The notes under the pieces were generated by a model. That model made no database searches. It was not told the DNA's origin and worked only from the letters and a program-made list of their open reading frames with translations. A program made the translations under genes and the position numbers. Of a stretch of 64,000 bases of DNA, positions 27,538 to 37,125 are shown in pieces (position 1 is the first letter of the stretch; each line of letters opens with the position of its first letter). The DNA is taken from IMG/VR virus record IMGVR_UViG_3300010938_000951, positions 202,900-266,899 of that record. One strand, 5' to 3'.

Positions 27538-29375
27538 TGCCAGAAAATAAACCTTCTAAAACTCCAATTATCGATATGCCTTCCAAAAAGCAATTGGCAA
27601 AGGTTATTGGACCTTATTCTGATAAAGAATTAGAGCTTACTCCAGAAATGGAAGAGAAGATGAAGAAGCTTATGGAGTTTTTTGATTTCTATGGAATAGA
27701 TTATAGTAAATTCAAACCAGAGTTTCTGTCATTTATAACAGATAAGAAGGCTTATCCTAATTATGATCAGTATCAATATATTGCCGGCCAACATGATTTA
27801 AAAAAATGGATGTATGCTCTGAAAGATATCCACTACAAACAAAAAGCGGGATTCCCATATCGTGAGGCTATTAAACGAGCAACTCAAGGTTGGGCGAAGA
27901 TGGAAATTTATGATTTCCTAAATTGGCTAAGGTTTTACGAAGAAGGGGCTCACATGAAATATAAGTTTGCACAAGTCTGGTATGAAAATGGTCAGCCAGG
28001 TTACTTCTTACATATAAAGCCAGATGCTCCTAAGGAGCCAGCACCTCATTACGATGCTAATGCTGTCAATGACGCTCGTGAAGAGGCAGAGCGCAGAGAA
28101 GAAAAAAGACAGCTTATTGAAAAACAACGTTCTAAGATTATAGGACGTTTGGATTCTGCGGAAAAACTTTTGCGCTCTCAAGAGGGTCAAGAGTTTGCTG
28201 GTAAAGAGTTAGAAAATTTGATGGAAGCTATTTACACTCTTAAAAAGAAAGTGCAGCTTGTTAATAAACTTAGCGTCTCTACTCGTTTGTATGAAGACAT
28301 GATCGTTCGTGAAGGAAATGTTCTTAAGCGTAATGGTTTTACCAAAGCTGCTGAAGTTTTATATTCTTTGGCTCAAACTCCTGGTGCGTCTGGAGAATCT
28401 GCTCAAGGCACACCAGAGGCTGGTGCTGTTCCACCACCATCCCCACCAGCAGATCCATCAGGAGCAGGTAATCCTGGTGCTCCCGGAGGATTACCAATGC
28501 CACCTCCGCCAGGCGCCCCAAATATACAGACCCCTGTGGGTGGTGACCAAAATGATCCCCCTCAACCAAAAGGCATTAAAGAATTCATTGATAATATGAA
28601 TGAGGGCAATAAGACAGATGCTTCAGAATCTGATGATGAATTAGAAGTAGAAGATTCTGAAGATACATTAATGGTAACAGAAGCTCAAGCTGTTGCGCCT
28701 GTAACTCCACCGCCTCCCCCGGCCGCATTGGAAGATGTTCCAATGACAGACGCCCCTCCACCAGATAGAAATCCTCCCGCATTCGTCCCAGAGGCTACCC
28801 CTAAAGAACCAACCAAAACAGAAGAAGAGCCATTAGAAGTAACTGAAGAAGATTTGCCACCACCAGGCGGAGATACTCCTTCTGGCGGCGCTGGTGCCAG
28901 CATAGATAGTAAAATCGATAGTGCATTTCAAAATGTAACAATGGAAGAAATTGTATCTGAATTGGAAGATATCTCTACATATTTTAAAGTGCGTGAGATA
29001 CCAAGACGTTTAGCACGTTTAGATATGATGTTTGATGCTAAGGGAATTTCAGCTTATTTCCCAAGTTTAGCTGAAGCTCAAAACAGAGCTTTGGATGCTA
29101 ACAACTATATTGCTACTCGTATTGATGATATTCTAGCCAAAGTACGTGGAGCTATGGCTACATCTGATATCGCCACCAAATTAAAAACAGATCAAGAAAA
29201 AGAAAAACAGCGCAAACAGATGAGAAAAGAGCAAGAAAATGCTGAACTTGAGGGAGCAACTCCAACAGAAAAAGAAACGCCAACAGTAGAATTAGGTGAG
29301 CTAGGAACTCCTCCGGCTCCTCCAGCAGCCCCAGCAGCTCCTCCAGCGGCCCCACCAAGACCACCAGCAGTCTAA
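27537..29375 (+). CDS. Pro-rich putative head protein
   Basis: 612 aa; Pro/acidic linkers, KxA motifs and shared helix motif. Confidence 0.72.
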   Translation: MPENKPSKTPIIDMPSKKQLAKVIGPYSDKELELTPEMEEKMKKLMEFFDFYGIDYSKFKPEFLSFITDKKAYPNYDQYQYIAGQHDLKKWMYALKDIHYKQKAGFPYREAIKRATQGWAKMEIYDFLNWLRFYEEGAHMKYKFAQVWYENGQPGYFLHIKPDAPKEPAPHYDANAVNDAREEAERREEKRQLIEKQRSKIIGRLDSAEKLLRSQEGQEFAGKELENLMEAIYTLKKKVQLVNKLSVSTRLYEDMIVREGNVLKRNGFTKAAEVLYSLAQTPGASGESAQGTPEAGAVPPPSPPADPSGAGNPGAPGGLPMPPPPGAPNIQTPVGGDQNDPPQPKGIKEFIDNMNEGNKTDASESDDELEVEDSEDTLMVTEAQAVAPVTPPPPPAALEDVPMTDAPPPDRNPPAFVPEATPKEPTKTEEEPLEVTEEDLPPPGGDTPSGGAGASIDSKIDSAFQNVTMEEIVSELEDISTYFKVREIPRRLARLDMMFDAKGISAYFPSLAEAQNRALDANNYIATRIDDILAKVRGAMATSDIATKLKTDQEKEKQRKQMRKEQENAELEGATPTEKETPTVELGELGTPPAPPAAPAAPPAAPPRPPAV

Positions 29376-29383
29376 GGAGATAA

Positions 29384-30154
29384 ATGAAACTCCGTGAACT
29401 GCTTCAAGAAATGAAGAGAGTCCAGGTAAATATAGGCGCATCTACGCCGTATATTTGCGGAGGTACGCCCAGAGATAAATACATGGGCAAATTAGAAAAT
29501 ATTGCAGACATAGATATGACTACTGGAGATAAAACTGTAGACTATCTATCTCAAGAATTTTATTTAACATTACGTAAAAGGTATAACGTTACTAGAAAAA
29601 CTATGGATGATGGACATAGTACGATTTTCATTGGCAGTTTGAAAATTGATTTCTCTTCAAATTTTATTGTACCAAATATTGATCAAGAGCTGGCAAAATT
29701 AGGAATTACTAAACCAACAGATATGCAACGCGAAATGTTTAGTCGTGATTTTACTTGCAACTCATTATTGCTTACTACAGATTTAAAACAAGTTTTAGAC
29801 CCAACCAAAAGAGGATTCAAAGATATTAAAGATAAGAAAATACGTACTTGTTTATCACCAGAAATTACATTAACATCTAATAGAAATAGGGTGGTAAGGG
29901 CTATTTATTTAGCTTGTAAATTGGATTTCGATATAGACGATTCAATTATAGATTTTGTGCGCCAACATCCAGATTCTGTAAAAATCTCAACTGAGAAATC
30001 TATGAATGATAAGTTGAATGAAGCGTTCTCTAGAAATCCAGAGAAGGCTGCAGCACTTATTACACAAATGAATCTCTGGAGCTATATTCCAATTACAGAA
30101 AAAGTTTATCCATATTATATAAAACAAATTAAAGGTAAAACTAATGTCGGTTAA
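29384..30154 (+). CDS. class II (CCA/poly(A) polymerase family) nucleotidyltransferase, head/neck only, atypical templating motif
   Basis: GGTPRD, DIDMTT, SRDFTCNSL, DPTKRGFKDI, SNRNRVVRAIYL; AAGGAG RBS. Confidence 0.85.
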   Translation: MKLRELLQEMKRVQVNIGASTPYICGGTPRDKYMGKLENIADIDMTTGDKTVDYLSQEFYLTLRKRYNVTRKTMDDGHSTIFIGSLKIDFSSNFIVPNIDQELAKLGITKPTDMQREMFSRDFTCNSLLLTTDLKQVLDPTKRGFKDIKDKKIRTCLSPEITLTSNRNRVVRAIYLACKLDFDIDDSIIDFVRQHPDSVKISTEKSMNDKLNEAFSRNPEKAAALITQMNLWSYIPITEKVYPYYIKQIKGKTNVG

Positions 30155-30896
30155 TAAGCAAGCCTATTTTCAGGGTGGTGGCGGTGTAAATGAGCCAAAA
30201 CCAAAGAAGAAGAAATATAAATCTGATCCTGCTATTGTAGTTCAGCCAAGGTTCAAAGAGCCGTTTTATCGCAATTACGATTTATACAATGTTCCGGGCG
30301 AGCACGGCCCAGGCGCCGGTTGGCACGACATGAAAAAGTATAAATCGGTTTCAGAATTTCTAAAAGCCAAAAGAAAGAAGCTGAAGGACAAGTACAAAGC
30401 CGACGACTCTTGGATTTTGGATGATAATTCAAAAACGAAGAAAAATCCAAATATTGAAGCTCGTGCCGCCGTTTTTGAGGAAATTATTAAAAACGCTATC
30501 GATTTTCCAATTGATGATCAGATTGATGAGGGGTTGGGCGGACCATTTGAGACAGATACTGTTAATGATAATCCAGTAGGATATGCTAATTTAACAGGCG
30601 GAAAATTAGATGAATATTTGCCAAAAAATGATTTTGAAGGTAAATTACCAACTAATTTAGATTTTGGTAGGGACTATGTTGAGAGGCAAGAGCCTGGTCG
30701 TGGGCTATTAGATGATATTATTGAAAAACTTTTCAATAAGTATTTACCAGCATCGGAAACAGATTTATTTGGATTACCAGATGGTATTGAACCAAATTCT
30801 GATTTAGATGCAGAACAGACAATGGATGTAGAAGAGCCATTTACTGGAACATCCGATATTGGCACTGATATGTATAAGGATAATTGGATCGTCTAA
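30144..30896 (+). CDS. acidic hypothetical head-module protein
   Basis: N-terminal NKQAYFQGGGGVNEP motif shared with the scaffold. Confidence 0.75.
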   Translation: MSVNKQAYFQGGGGVNEPKPKKKKYKSDPAIVVQPRFKEPFYRNYDLYNVPGEHGPGAGWHDMKKYKSVSEFLKAKRKKLKDKYKADDSWILDDNSKTKKNPNIEARAAVFEEIIKNAIDFPIDDQIDEGLGGPFETDTVNDNPVGYANLTGGKLDEYLPKNDFEGKLPTNLDFGRDYVERQEPGRGLLDDIIEKLFNKYLPASETDLFGLPDGIEPNSDLDAEQTMDVEEPFTGTSDIGTDMYKDNWIV

Positions 30897-30914
30897 AACC
30901 AATCATTATCATTG

Positions 30915-30930
30915 CATACAACCGCATATT
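30915..30930 (+). promoter_or_regulatory. candidate late-promoter motif MATA-N6-YATWWY
   Basis: CATAcaaccgCATATT; similar elements at 37078, 53808, 55106, 55159, 58493, 60449 and 61603, all intergenic. Confidence 0.4.
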
Positions 30931-30963
30931 ATCATATAAAGAAAGCACTCTAGAGGTACCTAA

Positions 30964-32040
30964 ATGACTTTACAATCGACAGCACAACAGCTATACGTCA
31001 TAGACCCGGTTTCCCCAGCGTCACAACTACCAGCTCATGACGAACATTCAGTTATAGCTATACCTCCACACCTACACCATGGTGGCGAGGAAGAGCTTAT
31101 GAGTGGGCCTATTGAAGTGTCCGAGCCGGGGGAAATTGAAATTCTTATAGAAGACATTCCAGGCGCTCCTCCAGGAACTAAGGATCCAGAAATTGAAGTT
31201 GTTGATGAATCATTGCAAGTTGAAGATAACAATGAAGCAAAAAAGGAAACCGAAAAAGACGAAAAGGGTAGTAAATGGAATTGGTCAAAGCACGGTCCAC
31301 ATGGCTTTGTAGCTTGGGTCAAGGAAAGACTTGATTCTGTTCCAAAACACTCAGGATACGATTCTGCCGGACTAGAGCGCGCCATGGCTTACATGGAAAA
31401 ATTAGACAATGAAATTTCTAAGGCCATGAGAATGGATCTTGATTCTGAATTAGACGCCAATCAGGTCGAGAAGATTCGCTCTCAATTAGATGAAGGTTTA
31501 GCTCGTTTGCGTGATCGTCTTGATAAGGTTAAAGAATCCAAAAAGTCTTCTCGTAAAAAGAAGAAGACCGCTGCCGATTTGAAGTCTCAAATTGACAAAG
31601 TGCTTGAAAAATATGCAGATGAAGATTTACAAGCATGGGTAGAGGATACTGGTGTTCCAGGCGAAGAATGGAGCGCAGAAAAAGTAATTGTACAACTCGC
31701 TAATGAAGGCTTTGAACCTGGTTTTGAAGGCACTAACATCGTTAAAGAGGCTCAAAAAATTACTGGTGTGCAAGGTGTTTATGTAACCGTTCCTCTTTTA
31801 ATCTCTAGGGTGGCTCGTGTTTGCATTAATGGTACTGTATCTGCGGGACATGATATTGAAGATTTATACAGACGCCAAGTAGCTAAGTATAAATTAGATG
31901 ATCGTGAGCAGGCTGAAGTAAGACAATTACTATGGGATATGGGCTATCCACTTCGTGAAGACCGTGGATTCTTCCCAGAAGATGACCTAGAAGTATACGA
32001 TACTGATAACATGGATTGGGCAGCTAACTACAGGGCATAA
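30964..32040 (+). CDS. hypothetical head-module protein
   Basis: GAGG RBS; IVKEAQ and KKTAA motifs. Confidence 0.75.
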   Translation: MTLQSTAQQLYVIDPVSPASQLPAHDEHSVIAIPPHLHHGGEEELMSGPIEVSEPGEIEILIEDIPGAPPGTKDPEIEVVDESLQVEDNNEAKKETEKDEKGSKWNWSKHGPHGFVAWVKERLDSVPKHSGYDSAGLERAMAYMEKLDNEISKAMRMDLDSELDANQVEKIRSQLDEGLARLRDRLDKVKESKKSSRKKKKTAADLKSQIDKVLEKYADEDLQAWVEDTGVPGEEWSAEKVIVQLANEGFEPGFEGTNIVKEAQKITGVQGVYVTVPLLISRVARVCINGTVSAGHDIEDLYRRQVAKYKLDDREQAEVRQLLWDMGYPLREDRGFFPEDDLEVYDTDNMDWAANYRA

Positions 32041-32041
32041 T

Positions 32042-32674
32042 ATGGTTAAAAATTCTAGACACCAAGGTGTCATTAGTAGACAATCTGATGAATCTTATAG
32101 CGAAGATCATTGGTTGAAGGAGTTTGAAAACAAACTTCAAAAAACCAGCGTACAGCCTCGTGGTCATAGCCTATTTGATCAGATTAGCTCCATCATGAAT
32201 ACTAAATCCAAATATCCATCAGTACAAGCTGCAGTTGATGATATGATGCAGCGCAGTGGATTAACAGCTTATTTGGATAATGTTAAAACATCTACAGAAG
32301 AAACTTCAGGCAAACCAAAGAAAACCGCTCAATTAAAAGAAGACTCTAAAATTCCTGATGTAATTAAAGCTAAACCAAGCATCAAACACACTCTAGAGAA
32401 TATTATCAGGGAAACAAGAGGAAATATTCCAGTTCCAGCTATAATTAGTCGTTTGCGAGCCCTTCATGCGGCTGATATTAGTGATGAAAGTGCTTGGGAA
32501 GATGAGAAACTCATTCGTTTAGTTAGCAGTTGTAATCTACAAGCCAAGAAGGACAATCCTGGAAACTATGATCATTTTGATGATCTAGGTAGAGGAGACC
32601 ATTCTACTGCTGATTCTGATATTGATGCGTCCAATACTGATGCATTTAACGCTTTAATGCCTGCAAAAATTTAA
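32042..32674 (+). CDS. hypothetical head-module protein
   Basis: ORF in operon; KKTAQ motif. Confidence 0.75.
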   Translation: MVKNSRHQGVISRQSDESYSEDHWLKEFENKLQKTSVQPRGHSLFDQISSIMNTKSKYPSVQAAVDDMMQRSGLTAYLDNVKTSTEETSGKPKKTAQLKEDSKIPDVIKAKPSIKHTLENIIRETRGNIPVPAIISRLRALHAADISDESAWEDEKLIRLVSSCNLQAKKDNPGNYDHFDDLGRGDHSTADSDIDASNTDAFNALMPAKI

Positions 32675-32685
32675 GTGCTTTGCAC

Positions 32686-33192
32686 TTACCCAGCCTGTTT
32701 TTGAGTATTTCTAGTGGGCCTAATTACTATTTCAGGCTTATCATGTGGACAATATCCAAAAAATCCTTTAGCACAGTTGCAATTATAGCATAATAATTGA
32801 TATTCTTCTTTAGGAAAGTTATTTTTAATTAGCCAACGGTATAATTTACCACCAGATTTCTTACCATTTTGTCGTCGATCTTCTGCACCATCATTATTTA
32901 TGTGATCAATAGTTAGAAATTCTAAGGTAGTTTCCCCACAACAAGTGCATTTGCCACCATAGGCTTCTATAATTTTTTGTTTAACACTAAGATCATAAAC
33001 TCTTTGTTGTTCTCTTATTATTTCTTTTCTATTTGTATATCTTCTTTTGCTATATTCTTTACAACAAAAGATACACATATATTTAGCCTGTTTAATATCG
33101 GAAGGTCTAGTATTATCTTTAGTTAGGCTTTTGAAGCATACAGTGCAGCTTTTGCCTTCAAAACTATATTGTCGTTTTTTCTTATCTGTCAT
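32686..33192 (-). CDS. free-standing HNH (His-Me finger) endonuclease
   Basis: N-terminal CTVC/CIFC Zn finger; CTCCG...LTIDHINNDG...LLCYNCNCAK HNH core; antisense to its neighbours. Confidence 0.88.
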   Translation of the reverse strand: MTDKKKRQYSFEGKSCTVCFKSLTKDNTRPSDIKQAKYMCIFCCKEYSKRRYTNRKEIIREQQRVYDLSVKQKIIEAYGGKCTCCGETTLEFLTIDHINNDGAEDRRQNGKKSGGKLYRWLIKNNFPKEEYQLLCYNCNCAKGFFGYCPHDKPEIVIRPTRNTQKQAG

Positions 33193-33214
33193 GGGTATAT
33201 TTCAGAATATATCC

Positions 33215-35092
33215 ATGAACAATGATACTTATAAAGAAATGTTTTATAGGTTTAAGGATAAGCTAGCTAATCTTGATCCGGTAGAATTTTGCCAGAAACA
33301 TTTAACACTTGAAGGAGAGCCATTTTCTCTCGTAGGCAACGGGTATAAACCTTTCAGCGATATCTATAGATACATTGGAATTAAGGCATTAGAAAAAGAT
33401 TCTAAACCAGTTATTCTAGTAAAGGGACGTCAGGTAGGTGCTACTACCATGGCAAGCGCCCTTGAAATGTATTTCATGGGCTCTGGTTTATTTGGAGATG
33501 GATTCCGTCCACCAATTCGTGTTATTCATGCTTTTCCTCAATTAGAATTAGCGGCAGCTTATTCAAAAACTAAACTCAATCAAATGATTTCTCAGGCTAA
33601 AATCCCTGAGGGAGCCGTAGAAAATAAAGCATCTCGTCCAAAGTCTTTCATGCAGCAATTGCTTGATACTACGACTGCTACTAATGACTCTTTACATTTT
33701 AAACAATTCTTGGGCGGAAATCACTTGTGGATTGAATCTACTGGTGTAGATGCCGACAGAATCATGGGTCGTACCGCTGATATCATATTTTTTGACGAGG
33801 TACAGAAAACTACCAGTGTAGCTATTGGAAACGCGCTTAAAATTTTAACCAACGCCAAATATGGTAAGCCAACTAAAGGCGTACAAGTATTTTTTGGAAC
33901 GCCACGTCGTAAGGGATCTGATTATCATAAGATGTGGCAATCATCATCTCAGCAGTATTATTATCTTGGATGCGAAAAATGCGAAAAGCATTTTCCTCTT
34001 TATACTCCAGGTTCTGATGATTGGGAAAAAGTTTGGATTCACGGTATGATTGTTAAATGTACCCATTGTGGTCATGAACAAGATAAACTACAAGCACAAG
34101 AACGTGGTAAGTGGGTTCCGCTAAAAGATCCAAACGATCCAGATTGCGCAATGGTTGGGTTTCATATTAACCAACTTTACATGCCAAAATTTACACGAGA
34201 AGATATTGAAAAAGAAAAGCCTGGTAAACATCCGATCAACACAGAGCGCGTTTTTCAAAATGAGGTTCTTGGAGAGTTTTATCAAGGTGATGCTACCCCA
34301 ATGTCTCCAGAAGACATTCGTGTAAATTGTGCCGATTTCGAAAGAAAATTTAGCCCTCGTATTTTGCCAGCTAAAGGTGTAACGCAACAATTAACTGTAC
34401 TTGGAATCGACTACGGTGCACGTTCAGATTTGGAACAACTAGCAGACCCAGAAAGAGTAAGACCAGCAGGACAATCTTATAGTACAGCAGTTGTATTACA
34501 AACAAAAGGCCCAAGTATACTATCAATTGAGTTTGCTACCAAATTTAAACGAAATGACATAGAAAGCAAAAAAGGTATAATTGATCAGTTGATGAGACAG
34601 TACAGTATACAATTGGCTATTGGAGACATTGGTTATTCTAATGACTTCTCATCTCTATTGCATAATACATACGGAGATAGATACTTAGTGTCTCGTGCTC
34701 ATAATAAAGTTAATGAGCATGTTAAGTTCAATCATGAAGCTTTTCCAAAAGAAATTGTTTTTGAAAGAGATTTTTATATTAGTGAACTTTACGATCAAAT
34801 GAAAAAAGGATTAGTTAGGTTTCCATATGGCGATTATGAGAAAATCGCATGGCTTATTGATCATTGTTGTAGTATGGAATTAAAACCATCTATTTCTAAA
34901 TATGGAGATCATACAGTACATTATGTTAAAGGCGGCACTCCAAACGATGGATTTATGGCATTATTAAATGCTTATTTGGCCTATAAATTCCTGGTAAGTC
35001 GAGGGTTTACAAATAATAATCCAACATTACACAATACTAAAAACTTGACGAAACCTATGGTAATTACTGGCTATGTACCTAGGAAGTTCTAA
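33215..35092 (+). CDS. terL: terminase large subunit (GpA-like, with Zn finger)
   Basis: Walker A VKGRQVGATT, Walker B FFDEVQ, coupling GTP, CEKC...CTHC, nuclease GIDYG; start at ATG 33191 or 33215 rather than 33047. Confidence 0.9.
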   Translation: MNNDTYKEMFYRFKDKLANLDPVEFCQKHLTLEGEPFSLVGNGYKPFSDIYRYIGIKALEKDSKPVILVKGRQVGATTMASALEMYFMGSGLFGDGFRPPIRVIHAFPQLELAAAYSKTKLNQMISQAKIPEGAVENKASRPKSFMQQLLDTTTATNDSLHFKQFLGGNHLWIESTGVDADRIMGRTADIIFFDEVQKTTSVAIGNALKILTNAKYGKPTKGVQVFFGTPRRKGSDYHKMWQSSSQQYYYLGCEKCEKHFPLYTPGSDDWEKVWIHGMIVKCTHCGHEQDKLQAQERGKWVPLKDPNDPDCAMVGFHINQLYMPKFTREDIEKEKPGKHPINTERVFQNEVLGEFYQGDATPMSPEDIRVNCADFERKFSPRILPAKGVTQQLTVLGIDYGARSDLEQLADPERVRPAGQSYSTAVVLQTKGPSILSIEFATKFKRNDIESKKGIIDQLMRQYSIQLAIGDIGYSNDFSSLLHNTYGDRYLVSRAHNKVNEHVKFNHEAFPKEIVFERDFYISELYDQMKKGLVRFPYGDYEKIAWLIDHCCSMELKPSISKYGDHTVHYVKGGTPNDGFMALLNAYLAYKFLVSRGFTNNNPTLHNTKNLTKPMVITGYVPRKF

Positions 35093-35115
35093 AGCGCCTA
35101 AATACTGAGCTTTAC

Positions 35116-35124
35116 TGATATATC
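35116..35124 (+). promoter_or_regulatory. candidate YGATATAT promoter/operator motif
   Basis: TGATATATC; same motif intergenic at 5758, 12754, 19780 and 22452. Confidence 0.4.
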
Positions 35125-35169
35125 ATATTTTGTGTATTCTAGTAGAGGGTATAGTGGAACAGAGGTTAC

Positions 35170-37044
35170 ATGGCTGGTATTAAAAAATCGGGATTAGGAG
35201 ATCATCCGTCCTTTTCAGCAAAGTTCTTACAGGGCAGATCCACCACCCCTCAAGTAAGTGCTATTATGGCTCAGGGTGTTTCTGGAGAAAGAAGAGTTAT
35301 TCTTTCAGACGAAGTAGACCAAGGATATTTTAGAGACGGTTCTGGGCCAAGTTTAAATAAAATGGCACTAAATTCTCCCACAAGTGCTTCAAATGTAGTC
35401 TCTTCAGTGGGTTTCAAGAAAAATGCTCAAGTAGTTTCTTCAGTTGGAGGAATGTTTCGTGGTATTCATGGAGATTCCGTTAAGCAAACTCCTGAAGTAT
35501 ATTCCCCTCTTTGGCTTAATAGTAATCTAAACCTTCCCAGGGACCGTGCAACAATCAATGCATGGTGTCGTAGCTTTTTTGCTTTAAATCCATTTGTACA
35601 CAATGCTATTAGTTTACATAGCACTTATCCTATTAGCAAGCTTTCTATTAAATGTCCAAACAAAGATATTGAAAAATTCTTTGATGATATGATTGAAGAA
35701 ATTGATTTAATGAATATTTGCGTACAAATTGCCCAAGAATATTGGCTTTTAGGAGAAGCATTTGTTTATGCAGAATTAGATGAAGGTAAAGGCAAGTGGA
35801 GTCGCCTACACATTCAGAATCCAGATTTTATGCTTGTCAAACGTACGGTTGTAGCAAGCGAACCAATCATCATGCTTCGTCCTGATGAAAACCTCAAAAA
35901 AATTATTTTCTCAAATCGTCCAACTGATATTGAACAACGTAAACAATTAAATCAACACATCATTGATTCTGTTAGACGTGGTGAAAATATTCCACTAGAC
36001 AATTTCCACGTATCACATTTGGCTCGTCGTATTAGTCCATACGAAATCAGAGGCACAGGATTACCTGTTTGTATTTTCCGTCAGTTAATGTTATTCGACA
36101 AATTGCGTGAATCTAAATATGCACAGTCTGATAATATGATCAATCCATTGACTTTGGTTAAGATTGGTTCGGCTGATTATAAGCCAACTTTTGCTGACCT
36201 AGAAGCTTGGAGAAGTGTATTTGAAGAAGCGCAGTACGATAAAGACTTTAAGATATTTACCCATGAAGGAGTAGCGGTTGAAAGAGTAGGTTGGGGACAG
36301 GGAATCTATGATATCTCTGGAGATATTACTCAGCTACTTAAAGAAATTTTTATTGGGTTATTCGTACCACCTGTTATGATGGATGGTGGCGATACTACCA
36401 CTTATGCTAATGCTGGTGTAGCTTTGGACGTTCTTCGTCAGAGGTACATGCAGTTCCGTAACATGATGTCCATTTGGTTAAAGAATAAGATTTTTGCTCC
36501 AATCTCCAAAATTCAAGGGTTTTATGACTACTCTGGTGGAGAGAAACAACTTATTGTTCCTGAAATTGATTGGAATCACATGTCATTATTTGATGCTGGA
36601 GATTATATCAATAGTTTAATGACATTATCTCAAGGACAAGCGGATCAAAAGAGAGTATCTATTCATACTCTTTATCGTTCATTGGGTCTTGAGTACGAAG
36701 ATGAAGTACGTAAAATGCGTAAAGAAAATATTCAAAATGCAATTGCTAAGAAAGAAATTGCCGCGTTAGATCAAATGGATCTAAATGCTCTTCGTGCTTT
36801 GGATGATGAGGATGAAATTCCAGAACCAAAACAACCGGGTGCTGGACAAGAACAACCAGTACCAGGAGAGATGCCAGGAGGAGCACCGGGTGGATTACCA
36901 GATTTGGGTCTACCAGGCGGTGGCCCTCCACCACCTCCACCACCAGGTGGCGGTGGACCTCCACCACCACCTCCTCCGCCACCAGAAGGCGGTCCACCAG
37001 GCGGTGGACCTCCAGCAGGCGGAGCACCTCCACCAGCTCCATAA
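35170..37044 (+). CDS. portal protein with N-terminal extension and poly-Pro/Gly C-terminal tail
   Basis: Directly follows terminase; NAWCRSFFALNPFVHNAISLHSTYP, YWLLGEAFVY and HLARRISPYEIRG portal-like segments. Confidence 0.8.
   Translation: MAGIKKSGLGDHPSFSAKFLQGRSTTPQVSAIMAQGVSGERRVILSDEVDQGYFRDGSGPSLNKMALNSPTSASNVVSSVGFKKNAQVVSSVGGMFRGIHGDSVKQTPEVYSPLWLNSNLNLPRDRATINAWCRSFFALNPFVHNAISLHSTYPISKLSIKCPNKDIEKFFDDMIEEIDLMNICVQIAQEYWLLGEAFVYAELDEGKGKWSRLHIQNPDFMLVKRTVVASEPIIMLRPDENLKKIIFSNRPTDIEQRKQLNQHIIDSVRRGENIPLDNFHVSHLARRISPYEIRGTGLPVCIFRQLMLFDKLRESKYAQSDNMINPLTLVKIGSADYKPTFADLEAWRSVFEEAQYDKDFKIFTHEGVAVERVGWGQGIYDISGDITQLLKEIFIGLFVPPVMMDGGDTTTYANAGVALDVLRQRYMQFRNMMSIWLKNKIFAPISKIQGFYDYSGGEKQLIVPEIDWNHMSLFDAGDYINSLMTLSQGQADQKRVSIHTLYRSLGLEYEDEVRKMRKENIQNAIAKKEIAALDQMDLNALRALDDEDEIPEPKQPGAGQEQPVPGEMPGGAPGGLPDLGLPGGGPPPPPPPGGGGPPPPPPPPPEGGPPGGGPPAGGAPPPAP
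36901..37041 (+). repeat. poly-proline/glycine low-complexity tract
   Basis: CCA/CCT repeats encoding GGPPPPPPPGGGGPPPPPPPPPEGG. Confidence 0.9.
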
Positions 37045-37125
37045 TCTTTTAATTCAATTGAATAACCCTCTCTTGTGAATAATCCAGCATTGTTTTAGCT
37101 ATTACGCACAAGTAGAGGGTTTTCC

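Noticed and set aside
33047-33190. Track start of the terminase at 33047
   Set aside because: This extension is only the antisense of the HNH 5' end; ATG 33191 or 33215 gives a normal terminase N-terminus
32675-33214. Group I intron carrying the HNH
   Set aside because: Both flanking genes appear complete, and there is too little non-coding sequence for a ribozyme core
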